NCBI GenBank assembly: GCA_946965045.2
Contig: OX337242.1
Coordinates: 2,480,001 to 2,544,000, forward strand
Origin: Epithemia pelagica
Lineage: Eukaryota > Protista > Bacillariophyta
Direction: 5' to 3'
Length of the DNA: 64,000 bases
Below, one piece after another: positions 22,228 through 33,129 of this stretch. Numbering within the stretch: the stretch's first letter is position 1; every line of letters begins with the position of its first letter. Made by a program: the position numbers and the translations under genes. The notes below the pieces were generated by a model that searched no databases, was not told the DNA's origin, and worked only from the letters and a program-made list of their open reading frames with translations.

Positions 22228-23568
22228 TTAAACTAAATGAAACGAGAGAATGTTGACCCACCCATTTGGATGGAACCAAACATCTCCGTAATCACGCACT
22301 GATGCTATTTGCGTGGTGCTTGTGTGGCCTCCATGGCCGTGGATGTGCATGGTCGTGTTGGTGTCTTGTGGTGGTGTCTTGAGGATGGATGGATTACTGA
22401 ATAGGTGGACCGTTGATTGGTTGTCCAAGAGCACCCATGTTTTAGGAATGTGAGCCTGTGAAGGAGTAATAGAAAACGAATGTGAGGATAGTTCACTGTT
22501 GTCATTATTTGGCAAATTCAAACTCGAACCTTGTGTTTTGTCGTTGTTCTGTGTGGAGTCGTTGGGTTCTCCATGTGTAGGGAATGCTGTCCCTGTGTTC
22601 GGCTCATTCGGCTGTTGTTGTTGTTGTTGACCGCCACTTGACATCTCTCGGCGCCCCATGCGAGCATCGATGATAGCTCTGGCATCGGCGAGTGTTGCGG
22701 GGTAAATATTATGTTGGTCCAGGAAGTTATTATGGAGATGCGCTTCATACTCCTTTTGCTGGCATGCCCTGATGAATCGATTCGCAATCATTCGTGCTTG
22801 GGCTTCATTCCTGTCGGCTTCAATTGCGTTTCCAGTTCGCCCATTCTTGTGTGCTAACTCATCCACATAAAGTTGATCATAGAGGACAATCCCCATCTCA
22901 TCAATCAGTTGTGCTTTCGCTCTAAACACCTCATAAAAACTCTGGACAGACTGTCCGGGGTGACGCTTGAGCGTATAAAAATCCGTTCTGATGCGGTCAA
23001 GGGCCATACCTGTGTATACCCGACCGCTATCATAGGTAAAAGTAGTTGTCTTGATGAGTGACAGGAGTGCGATCCCATCTCTTGATGCTTGTATGGTTGG
23101 GAAGGTGGAAGTTGCCTTTAACTTGTCCTTTAGGAGCTCAGTGCACTGCCCTAGCAGAACACTGTACAGGGAGGAACGAAATCCGTCATACGCAATCTCT
23201 TTTTCTTGATGTGCCTTGTAGTTGAATTCCCACTCCTTGGCTTCTATTGGGGTTGCAGTTGGTCCAGGTCTTGTTGGTGGTGTTGGTGGTGGCAGTTGGA
23301 GGCTTTCCACGGCTTGTTGAAAATCACGATTGTATTTTGGCCACTTGGTTCCGATGTAACCCACCAATAACTCCACATTTTTCAAGTACTTCTTAGCCTG
23401 AGTATCTTGTGAGTAGTCAAACGTGCACCCTTTGAGGAGTGGCTCTTGTCCTTCGAATTTGGGACCGTGCTGTCCTCTTCCTTGCCGACCACCACGCCCT
23501 CGTCCTGATCGACCTCGTCCTCGTCCACCTTGTTCACCCGATTGTACATTGTCCGGACGTCCACTCAT
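22228..23568 (-). CDS. gag: Copia gag-protease ORF
   Basis: RG-rich N-terminus, gag-like helical core and aspartic protease motif WVLLDNQSTVHLF. Confidence 0.85.
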   Translation of the reverse strand: MSGRPDNVQSGEQGGRGRGRSGRGRGGRQGRGQHGPKFEGQEPLLKGCTFDYSQDTQAKKYLKNVELLVGYIGTKWPKYNRDFQQAVESLQLPPPTPPTRPGPTATPIEAKEWEFNYKAHQEKEIAYDGFRSSLYSVLLGQCTELLKDKLKATSTFPTIQASRDGIALLSLIKTTTFTYDSGRVYTGMALDRIRTDFYTLKRHPGQSVQSFYEVFRAKAQLIDEMGIVLYDQLYVDELAHKNGRTGNAIEADRNEAQARMIANRFIRACQQKEYEAHLHNNFLDQHNIYPATLADARAIIDARMGRREMSSGGQQQQQQPNEPNTGTAFPTHGEPNDSTQNNDKTQGSSLNLPNNDNSELSSHSFSITPSQAHIPKTWVLLDNQSTVHLFSNPSILKTPPQDTNTTMHIHGHGGHTSTTQIASVRDYGDVWFHPNGWVNILSFHLV

Positions 23569-23569
23569 A

Positions 23570-24166
23570 TTAAAGAATGGTCAGGTTGTGTTCTTTACGG
23601 CAAAATTCCTCGATCTTGTTGTTCTGGTGGTTTCGGACAGCAACTACCACAAAGTCGTTGGTAAACCGTGTTACGTCACCTTTTGCTCCGTAGATCTTGC
23701 CTTTGTGACCCGACAAGTAGATGCCGGTCTTAATTCGCACCCGAGATCCGATTCCCAGTACCTTCACAATGGGTGGTGCCACTGCTTCAGCTTCTACTCC
23801 TTGTGGACTTGTGGAGGTTTGTTCTTGTTCTTCCTCCACCACTTGTGGTTCCTGGTCCGGATTTGTTCGCTCTTCTTCTTGTTGTGCTTCTCGGTACACC
23901 CGTCCTAATTCAGCCTCGTGACTGTTCTTTTGGCGTAACAACGCTTGTTGATAACGGATGTCTTCGTTGTGTAAGGCTTGACGATACTCTTGTTCCAAAT
24001 CGGCTTTATCGGCCCAGTACTTTCGATCCAACGCCTTCACAAGCTTCTTGTGTTCTTCAGTCAGTCGACTGGCGCGTCCTTCGGACAGAAGCTTCAACCG
24101 GATAAACTGCCCAATTAAACGTGACACTGGTGTACTGTTTTCTTCTGGGGACTGCGTTGTGGACAT
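23570..24166 (-). CDS. Extra ORF0 (198 aa) between the 5' LTR and gag: coiled coil plus C-terminal KOW/SH3-like beta domain
   Basis: Intact ATG-TAA ORF whose stop is 1 nt from the gag ATG (TAA-T-ATG); IGSRVRIKTG..G..G.V.RFT..FVVV resembles KOW. Confidence 0.65.
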   Translation of the reverse strand: MSTTQSPEENSTPVSRLIGQFIRLKLLSEGRASRLTEEHKKLVKALDRKYWADKADLEQEYRQALHNEDIRYQQALLRQKNSHEAELGRVYREAQQEEERTNPDQEPQVVEEEQEQTSTSPQGVEAEAVAPPIVKVLGIGSRVRIKTGIYLSGHKGKIYGAKGDVTRFTNDFVVVAVRNHQNNKIEEFCRKEHNLTIL

Positions 24167-24194
24167 CAGATTGTGCCGGGAAGTACAATGTAAG

Positions 24195-24208
24195 CTCTTT
24201 GTAATCTA
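24195..24208 (-). promoter_or_regulatory. PBS position, occupied by a sequence complementary to the element's own LTR
   Basis: Minus-strand TAGATTACAAAGAG directly follows the 5' LTR and is the exact reverse complement of LTR 24268-24281. No TGG-type tRNA PBS is present. Confidence 0.7.
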
Positions 24209-24431
24209 TGTTGAAACCGATCAGTCTTCGTGCTGTACAGGCAACAAAGCTAAAGCAAATTTCGTTATAGATTACAAAGAGTGAGCACTAGATGTCTCCT
24301 TCATTCGGCGGATCTTATGACCGCTTAGGGCCACATCTTGCCACTCTTCCACGTCAGTAGGATTCTTCATTCTTTGGTCGCTCTTAGCTCTTGGTTCCTG
24401 GCTCTGCTCCTGCTGTGGTTCTGCTCCAACA
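24209..24431 (-). repeat. 5' LTR (223 bp)
   Basis: Direct repeat of 18478-18695; TG...CA termini. Confidence 0.95.
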
Positions 24432-25917
24432 ATCATGCTATTAATTTGCATGCTCTTCTTTCAAAGGTGACAGCGGTGGCTGCGTAGTAGTTGCTTGATG
24501 ACGAAGAGCTTGACCATGGATCCGTCTCTGATTCAATCAGTCAATTTTTCTGTTACTGGTTCTGACATCTGGCATCATCACCATTGCTTTCTCCGTCCTT
24601 TTCTTTTCCGTTTGTATACGGCCCTGGTGTTTATGGACCCACGATATGCTACTGCAGCTAAGTGGGTCCATGTGGGATGGCCAGTTGTCCCTGACGATTC
24701 GTTCGATTCTGAAAAAGCGCAACGCCAGCCTGCATGGCCGCAACCAAGATTGTGGCTTAAACTGTGGAAAAGGCCCACCGCTGAATCCCTTCAGCATTTT
24801 GTCAGAGAGAACGGATCCGGACTGCCCCGTATTGAGCAATCGGGAAAAACTTTCCCAGCAAATCAGAACCGTGTGCCGTGAGACGTGATCATTTGGTCCT
24901 TGCACCATCATCAAACGCGTCTACGCCAGCCTCTTGCTGCAATCCGTCTGCGATGTCCAAAGGGAAGAAACCAAGGCAAGAGAGGCTGGCCAGCAACCGC
25001 TCAGGCAGTCGATCGATGTAACGAATCAAAGGCAGTGAGGAGAACTACTGCCGAGTGGAGGCAAACCGGAAGGAGATACATGGTGGGTATCAAACAATCT
25101 CATGAACCTGACCTTGATCTCGCTCAATGGTCCGGCACGAATCTGCGGGTCTGGAAACCCTGGAGAGTGGGGCTCATTCGCAATAGCATCGGAATTGGAT
25201 TCAGAGTTTAGAGGTCAGAGTCGTGTTGTGGAGGATGACAATATGGAAATATGGAAAACACGGTGAGAAGTTCGTCATCCTTATCAACCTCTTCCTTTCC
25301 GTCGTGATCTGGGTCTCGAGTCTCCTCAAAGTAGGCGGAACGCTTCTGGTTTCTGCAATCACAAAGCAGAGGTTCCTTATTGTGTCGAGTGTGGTGCCGG
25401 GAGTTTAAGGCGATCAAATCAACCACAACGACGCTGCATTTTCGTCGTCTCCTCAAACCGAAGCTGTTGCCAGCAATGTGCTCTGGCGGAAGAAGTGGAC
25501 CAGCTGTTGATGATCAATAAATACTGAACAATTGGGACGTGGTCATGTACTGTCATGCTATCTTGTTTTTCAGCAGAGGTTCCACCATTCTGTGCAATGG
25601 TTGACCACGCCAATCACAATACCGACCACTGCTCAAAACTTGCAATCGATTCGTTCCTTCTGTAAGCATCTCCATCTGAAACGCGTCTCTGTCTCGCTAT
25701 CTTTGTTCATAGTTTGATTCACATGCAAAGGATCACCGATCCAGGACCCCATCACAATCAAGAACACCGCCACACTGACCAACAACGACACGAGCTGATT
25801 ACATCACTGCACTCTTCTTGCTCGAAAGGTCACAATACAGACCACTGCGCATTTTTTCCAATCGATTCGTTCCTCTTTTGACTTGTCGAGGTGTCATATT
25901 CCAACAACATCATTACC

Positions 25918-26559
25918 ATGCCGCGATATTTGAACCGTCAACGATCGGTAAAACGGGAAAAGCTGTTGGTAGAAGTGCTACTACCATTAAAGACGACAAT
26001 GACGGCGACACGGATCACGAGCATTATAGTAATACTTGTGAGGAAAAGAAGGAGCAAGACCAGTACGTGGCGAAAACACAATGGCTTTGCTTCGCCTGCA
26101 ATTTGCACAAATAAACTTCCGCTTTTACTGGCAACCTTCCAAAGCTTTCCCGCCATCAAGTACTACTCGCCCTAGACCGCTTCATCGTTCCAGCAGTCTC
26201 ATTATGCCACGAAATGTGGCATACATTCCCAACACTTCTGCTCCATCATTGTCGTCCCACGGCATGGGGGTGGTGACCAAGAACAAGAACTTCAACCAGG
26301 CGGAATCATCTCGTCCTCCTCTTCGTGGAGGTCGTCGTCATCGTGCCGCTCCGACCCGCTCGAGTAGTATGGTTGTGGGAGAAGAATTGTTATCTCAATA
26401 CGATATGACACGGATGACGATTACAACAACATGCCCCAGACGCCCAAGATCAAGACGATACTGGCAAGATTGGTACGACAACGTCCTCCTTCACCCTTGG
26501 TAGCCCCATCGACGACATCAACACCAGGGACTGTTGCTACTTCGGTGCCACTGGCGTAA
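25918..26559 (+). pseudogene. Cassette gene B, copy 3 (deleted and frameshifted)
   Basis: MPRYLNRQRS start retained; shares the ~1-kb internal deletion with B2; several frame breaks. Confidence 0.6.
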
Positions 26560-27231
26560 AAGGGCATCTCTTCTTGGGTACTCGTTTCTTGTGGTTTCCA
26601 CTGGCGTAAAAGGGCATCTCTTCTTCGGTACTCGTTTCTTGTGGTTTTGTGTCTTGATGTATAAATGTTTGTGTGAATTGTGAACGTGTTGCATTTTGGC
26701 CGTTGCAGTACCAAAAGCAAAGAAGCGAACCGAAACAGGAAAGATGGCAACAGCAAAGAGGATGTTCGTTTTGCTACGATACACGCAAACGGGAAGACTG
26801 ATATATTTATAGTTTTATTGTTTCCAACAATATGGTAGATGGTGGTTTTCCAAACATTGCTTCATTGCCCAATCGAAGTTGGAAACAGCGATAGATTACT
26901 CTGTTTACAAGGCAAGGGAGCAGGATAGAAGAGTTTCCGACCAAACTTGAGGTAGGACGAGGAGCATCCTCAATATAGACACGAAAATTTTTGTTGCTCC
27001 ATGAAGGAAACGAACATGGAGCGACAAAAATTATAGTGTATATATTGAATATGCTCCTCCATGAATGAAACGAACATGACAGGCGTCCTCCATGAAACGA
27101 CAACGTTTCCGACCAGACTAGGTAATAGGGCGAGGAGCATACCCTCATTATGGATGTAAAAACTTTTATCGCTCCATGACGGAAACGAACATGACAGGCG
27201 ATCTCCACGAGAAACAGCAGCAACCACCCCT

Positions 27232-27968
27232 CTAGTCTTCCTCTTTTCGTTCCTGCGCTGCCGGCTTTCGGTCATCATCGCCCTCAGTGTCCTCGGTGGC
27301 GTTGTCCTCGAATGTTTCGGCGGTTGTTGTTGTTCTATCAACGGGGTTAGGCTCCATGTTGCAAACGCTATCATCATTCCCATTCCCAAATGTACCTGCC
27401 ATTACGTCGATGTCTGCTGGCGTTAGCGATCCCCCAGATGTGAATTATTTGCAGATGCAGGGGGCAACCGATGAGTTCCAGAATTCTCCAGACTTGATAT
27501 GGAACCGGACTCTAAACTGACCAGCGATACATCTTCTACTGGTGGGTTTCGCGGTGGAGGGGGATCTTGGTGTGGTGGTTGATCTTCTGGAAGCTGTTGG
27601 ATCTGGTTTTGGTTTTGCTGTTGTTGCTGCTGAATGTAAGTCGCAGCTTCTTGAGTTATTTCATCGTCCGTGACAATACCATCTGCAACAGGCACTTCGC
27701 AACGGACAAGACGTATCAGTATGTTGTGAGTGATCAAGGGCTGCAAAACATGTACAGGGTATGTCCGCAAGAAGGTGCGGATTTGTTGCAAAGCTTGCTG
27801 TTTTTGTCTGGAGGCCATTGCGAATTCCGATATGTTGCTGTGAGGAACCGTGGAAGATGAATGCGTTGTTACAACCGTACCTGATTCTTCTTTGTCGTCG
27901 AGAAAACCCTTTGGAGAATCTCTCGTGAACCACGCCGAGTCACGATGCTGATGATCGAGCGCACTCAT
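27232..27968 (-). pseudogene. Cassette gene C, copy 3 with a 1-bp frameshift near 27440
   Basis: Colinear with C1/C2; frame shifts after SANN. Confidence 0.6.
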
Positions 27969-28100
27969 CAGTGGCGACGATTAGAAAGCAGAGAGAAAGA
28001 GCAGACAAGGAGCCTTGATTGCAGCAAGGGGGTGTCAAGCTTTGTTTGATGCTGTAGCGTTTTTGTGTGCGACAATCAATGTTCTCACATGGTCATTATT

Positions 28101-28821
28101 GGGTCCTTACTGAAATGTTTTTATCATAAACATAACATAAAACATAAACACAACGCAAATTTTTGTAGGGCTCATAACCCGCTCATAACCTATTGGTTAT
28201 GTTTAAGTTTATGATTCGTCGCTTGGTTATGAGGCATGAATTCATGCCTCATAACCGTTGTGTTCAAACATAACACAAAACACATCCGAAAAATTCTCAA
28301 CGCATGCCCAACACCGGGCATGCGCATGAAAATGGACACGAGTTCCCCACCAGATTCATGGGACTCTCTTGTTACACTGGTACGCTGGGTATGTCACTTC
28401 CGCTCAAAGCTTGATGAGGAAAGAAGAAGGAAGAAGAAGGAAGAAGGAAGAGGGAAGAAGAAGGAAGAAGGAAGAAGAAGGAAGAAGGAAGAAGGAAGAA
28501 GGAAGAAGGAAGAAGGAAGAAGGAAGAAGGAAGAAGGAAGAAGAATCATCAAGCTTGACCATCACACTAGCTAGAACCTCTTTTTTGATGCCAAAGAAAA
28601 GCAAGGCAAAAGCATAGAGATGCGTCGGATTGAGGTGGGGGGAAACTTTGGAGAATTTTTGTGTTCCCGCTGTTATGTTTTATGTTTCGCTATTATGTTT
28701 TATGTTTCAAAGAGTTTCAGTGGCATGAGCAGTCATAAACATAAACATAACATAACGAGGCAAAAACTTTGTGTTTATGTTTTATGTTGTGTTTATGATA
28801 AAAACATTTCAGTAAAGACCC
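28101..28821. mobile_element. 721-bp non-autonomous TIR element (MITE, PIF/Harbinger-like), ~53-bp TIRs, 3-bp TSD ATT
   Basis: GGGTC(C/T)TTACTGAAATGTTTTTATCATAAACA(T/C)AACATAAAACATAAACACAA inverted at both ends (2 mismatches); ATT at 28098-28100 and 28822-28824. Confidence 0.85.
28405..28545 (+). repeat. Purine-only (GAAGAAG/GAAG)n microsatellite inside the MITE
   Basis: About 140 bp of A/G-only repeats. Confidence 0.9.
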
Positions 28822-30189
28822 ATTAGCAGAGACACCCTAGCGGGGGAGTCGTACATCTGCCTTGTCGCCAGCTTCTCCCTCCCTCTGCGGACAGCGCGGA
28901 TTTTTGCCTACCACGCCAACCGCCACCATGGTAGTTTCAGTACCTGAACCTTTCTGGTCAAAAAATTGCTCCTACTCCCATTTGTTTCTACTAGAGGTAG
29001 GCGGCCGGCATTACTCATTTCGGCCACCGGGATAACAACACGGACCATGGTGTTGCAATGGTTCTTATGCACCTAATTTGGCACTTCGAACCTGTCGGCC
29101 GAGTCATGGACCTCAAACCAATAGTGTAGGATGTATCTTCGCATGGCGAAAAATTGAAGGTAAGACCATTATGGATCAGACGCGCGGGCTCCATTCCTCG
29201 TGGCATAGGTATACGGAAGCGACGTCTCACAGTTTCGAAGGAAGCATCTCAAAGGGACGATGTGATACTTGTCTTCCTGTTGATACACAATACACATAAC
29301 AGTAGAGGTTACGTAGTGTGTTGATGGCAAAACATCTACTCTACCTCCGGAATGATCCGGTCTGCCTTTGACAAGGAAACCCAAACATTGGACATTCCAG
29401 ATACAAGTACCAATATCGCTGATTCGAAACCAAGACAATCATTCGTCTTGTCATTCACATACTACGGTAGGTAGTCTCTCCATTTGTCCCGCCGATTTGT
29501 CTTGCAAAGCTATGTCTGCTATGCAATCGACATGGTTGGGTACGGACGACATGACGGAATCAGGTCATTGGTAGGGACATCTTGCTCCACTTCAGACTAT
29601 TGCCCTTATCTTTTTCATTGAGTTGGTAGGGGCAACTCACCAGGCCTGAAGCAGAGGGGCACAGATCGAGACCAAGTACCATAAAAGAGTACTGGGACCC
29701 TCGGATCGGATTTGTACACTTTGTAGCTCACTCATCGCAACGTTGAATTGATATTACAAGTATAGGGTCCGCGCGGCAGCGTTAAAATAGACTGTACCTT
29801 TTTTTTTTATTCGTACTCGTATTCGTAAGGTGCTGTTTATCGATCAGTGATCAGAAACTTGTTGGGCATATGCGGCCACCGGAAAAAAGAGCATTGACAA
29901 TTGACACAGACGGCCTCTTTGATTCCAACGCACCCATCGACTGTTGAAGGAACCAGGAGCTTCCTGAACTTTTTGTTTGTGTTGTTGATTCCAGTGTTGC
30001 CCTGTTGAATTCCTTTTTAGTTTTCATGCTCCGAGTTATCGCAGACGGTCGCAGACGAGAAACGAACCAGCTGCTGTTTGTGAGAGAGCGCGACGGGTTG
30101 GTTACGGATTGATCTTTCTACAATCACAGTGTCACAGCTGCGGAAGGATTTCTCTCCCCCAAAATTGCAACAAACCAAACGAATCCACC

Positions 30190-33129
30190 ATGATGACCAT
30201 CATGACCCAACCAGCGCCCACCACCACTGCAGCAACATCGACTGTGGTTCCAGCATCGTTTTCACCCATGCGAGAAAACCGTCCGAGCCTGGAAAAGAAT
30301 CACGAACTAATGACGACTCCATCCACTCGTGGATCTTCCATTCTTCGTGTCCCCACCACACAACCTTCTCCGACAGCCGCCACCCAATCGCCCATCCCTC
30401 GATTGCCCACCAGTCCTCCTGTTGCCTCTGTGACGTCGTCGCCTCGTTCTCCGGCCGTCCCCCCACAAATGACTGCAAAAACTACTACCCCTGTTGCCAG
30501 ACCTACCACGGCTACCACGCCTCGATCCAGGAAGAGTCCCAACTGCAGTCCTACCAATGGCCGTGGGACTCCTCGGACCCCCATGGTGTCCATTCTCAAA
30601 ACACCCAAACTCAGCAAACCGCCAATCGTCACAGCCTTGACAGACTATAGTACACAAAAAGCACGAGGAGACGAGGTTCAGAACCGACCCTATTATTCGC
30701 AAAAACACAAGAGACATTGCAAACGACAACAGCAGAAACGACTGCAACAAGGACATGGTACCATCAATGACCCCGAACAAACTACCAAAAAGTCCTCATC
30801 GTCGTCGTCCAAATTACAAGGCATGATAGTGGACAGTGACTTGGTCGTGATGGACTCGACTACCATGGTGGACGAAACGGACAATGACAGTGTCGTCTTT
30901 TTTGAATTGCGCAGACCCCTCTCCTCGCTTTCGTCGTCGGACTCGCAACAACACGAACGACCCAAACGAGCTCGGACCACCACCTCGACAGCTGTCACCA
31001 TGTCCCCCACGACAGGTCTAACAGCCTCGTCGTCCACGACGGCAGCAACTACAGATGCAGCTTTTACCAACCATACCACGGCCAACCATCCAAACGACAA
31101 TGCCTTTAGTGTTGTGGTGGACGAGAAAACTGGGAAACGCACCGTCGTGGCTCGCAAATCCAAAATGCAAACGCCGTCCGACTTGCTGGTTCAGCAACAA
31201 CAGCAAAAAATGCAACAACAAAAATTAGAACAGCAGCAACTCGAACAGAGGTCCTCCAAAATGATTCAAAAGCGAACCATGAATTCCACCACCATGGCCA
31301 TTTCGGCTTCCATGTTGGAGAAAAATCCCGAAGGATTAGCCCTGCAGGGGGGAGGCATTTTTGCCCAAATGGTGGCCGCAGCTTCGGCGGCCAAAAAGAG
31401 CGCCGCCGTTCTGGCAGCCTGTCCCCCCTCCTCGGCCACCAAACAACCTAATACTGCTAGTCCAATGCATCGATTGGCCGCGACCACCACATTACTTTCT
31501 CCTCTAGATCCACCAGAGGAGGAAGATCGTGGTGGACCATTGGTTTCGTCGACCATGTTGCAACGCCCCCCAACCTTACCCGTTCGTAGTACCAGTACGA
31601 ACGAAACAGCCCGTGCGACCACCACAAGTCCCCGTCGTGCTACCAATCGCCAACCAGTGGCACCCACACCTAGTATGCCAGCACGACTTTCTACCACACA
31701 TTCGGCATTGGGCACGATTGGAGGAGATGGCGGCGATGCCGTCAGTAGTCTCTGGACACCCAAAACTCCCACCCAAACGACAAACCCACGGCTGTCTTCC
31801 AAAACATCGGTGCTTGGCATTCCACGACCACACAACAGTCCCATGAAGAGTTTGCTCAAGAGTCCCACCATGACATCGCCGGGGAATGACCCTTCCACGA
31901 ATGGGAGTAACACCAACAAAAAAGTTCCGGGACCATGGGATTCTTCCACGTTGTTGGTCTTTGAAGCATCGCCGGCCACAAAACCTTCTAAAACGAATTC
32001 TACTACCAACAAACCCACTCTTCCGACTATAAGCCCGCTCAAGAGTGCCCTCAAGAAGAAAAGTTCTATTTTGCGACACATACCGGAAACAGATCGGAGT
32101 GAGGTGGTCACCGAGACGCCTCCACCAATCACAAAGAATGGTACCAGTAGTACGAAAACGTCGAATACTGAGATGCAAGGACCGTCTTCCCCCCGTCGTG
32201 GAAGACGGGTTCCTCAGGAAAATGAAAATAGCAAGCATCCAGTCCAGGAGTCGAGTAAGACGACATCGAAACGAACACCATTACCGTCCAGACCAACTGT
32301 TCGACAAGAGGTTCCTCCTGTTGGCCCTCTTGGTAGTGGGAGCACCACGACCAATGCTAAAATGTCTCCGCGCCGACAACAACGGAAGCAACCCGCGGTT
32401 GAAGACAGGAACGAACAGAACCGGCACCAACCAGCCCGTCTGCCCCAACGATCCACGAGCCCTCCTCCTTCTCCAAGTACTCCTCCTTCCATGGCATGTG
32501 ACATGCCCGGGATACCGTCACCGACGAAACGATCCACCCTGGTTGCGAGAAAGACGTCAATGGGTCCTCGTTCACCCCAACAACCTCGAAACCGCAAGCA
32601 ACACACTCACGTGAGCACTCCTACCCTGAGCTCTCCTGTGAAGCGTTCTTCCGTGATTGGGGCTTCCAACGGCACTGTCATTGCGATTTCACCTCCTATT
32701 ACCAAGCCTGGGCAATCCATGTATCCACGCCAACAACTACAACCACCCAACCTAGACGGTATGTTGAGTAGAGACGAACGCAAGGACCACCGCCTTGACA
32801 ATATGGAGAATCAAGACGACCATTCGACTACTTCTTCCAGTTCAAGTTCCAGTAGTAGCAGTTGTAGTAGCAGTGGTGCCAGTGAATATAGCAGCAGTAC
32901 CGAGGGCAGTGGTCGCAGCCGGGGCGACAATCACAGTGTGAAATCAAACAATACCTCCAAGTCTGGTTCTAGTTTGAAAGAAGCTTTCGCACGACGCCCC
33001 CGAAGAGGACGGAGACCAACACCAGGATCCATTTCTACAACGCCCACGACGATTGTTACTCCATCACAACAGTTGTCAGATCCGTTGTCGCCCTCTGAAT
33101 TTTCCCCGTCTCAATCAGCCGGTATTTAG
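30190..33129 (+). CDS. Large Ser/Thr/Pro-rich disordered protein of unknown function
   Basis: About 980-codon uninterrupted ORF with no recognisable domain. Confidence 0.6.
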   Translation: MMTIMTQPAPTTTAATSTVVPASFSPMRENRPSLEKNHELMTTPSTRGSSILRVPTTQPSPTAATQSPIPRLPTSPPVASVTSSPRSPAVPPQMTAKTTTPVARPTTATTPRSRKSPNCSPTNGRGTPRTPMVSILKTPKLSKPPIVTALTDYSTQKARGDEVQNRPYYSQKHKRHCKRQQQKRLQQGHGTINDPEQTTKKSSSSSSKLQGMIVDSDLVVMDSTTMVDETDNDSVVFFELRRPLSSLSSSDSQQHERPKRARTTTSTAVTMSPTTGLTASSSTTAATTDAAFTNHTTANHPNDNAFSVVVDEKTGKRTVVARKSKMQTPSDLLVQQQQQKMQQQKLEQQQLEQRSSKMIQKRTMNSTTMAISASMLEKNPEGLALQGGGIFAQMVAAASAAKKSAAVLAACPPSSATKQPNTASPMHRLAATTTLLSPLDPPEEEDRGGPLVSSTMLQRPPTLPVRSTSTNETARATTTSPRRATNRQPVAPTPSMPARLSTTHSALGTIGGDGGDAVSSLWTPKTPTQTTNPRLSSKTSVLGIPRPHNSPMKSLLKSPTMTSPGNDPSTNGSNTNKKVPGPWDSSTLLVFEASPATKPSKTNSTTNKPTLPTISPLKSALKKKSSILRHIPETDRSEVVTETPPPITKNGTSSTKTSNTEMQGPSSPRRGRRVPQENENSKHPVQESSKTTSKRTPLPSRPTVRQEVPPVGPLGSGSTTTNAKMSPRRQQRKQPAVEDRNEQNRHQPARLPQRSTSPPPSPSTPPSMACDMPGIPSPTKRSTLVARKTSMGPRSPQQPRNRKQHTHVSTPTLSSPVKRSSVIGASNGTVIAISPPITKPGQSMYPRQQLQPPNLDGMLSRDERKDHRLDNMENQDDHSTTSSSSSSSSSSCSSSGASEYSSSTEGSGRSRGDNHSVKSNNTSKSGSSLKEAFARRPRRGRRPTPGSISTTPTTIVTPSQQLSDPLSPSEFSPSQSAGI

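Larger units (their letters stand above)
18478..24431 (-). mobile_element. Full-length Ty1/Copia LTR retrotransposon (CoDi-like), 5954 bp, 5-bp TSD ATCAT
   Basis: TGTTG...CAACA LTRs at 18478-18695 and 24209-24431; TSD at 18473-18477 and 24432-24436; gag-PR-IN-RT-RH order; paralogous empty site at ~14895-14920. Confidence 0.97.
11460..28030. repeat. Three-copy tandem segmental duplication of a cassette [spacer A - gene B(+) - gene C(-)]; a Copia element sits at the copy 2/3 junction
   Basis: 12990-14220 matches 16587-17817 (offset 3597) almost perfectly. Spacer 14916-16080 matches 24437-25620. A third, more diverged B/C copy lies at 25640-28030. Confidence 0.9.

Noticed and set aside
28918-29035. 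Perfect GCCACCATGG Kozak context
   Set aside because: Followed by only a ~35-codon ORF with no other support.
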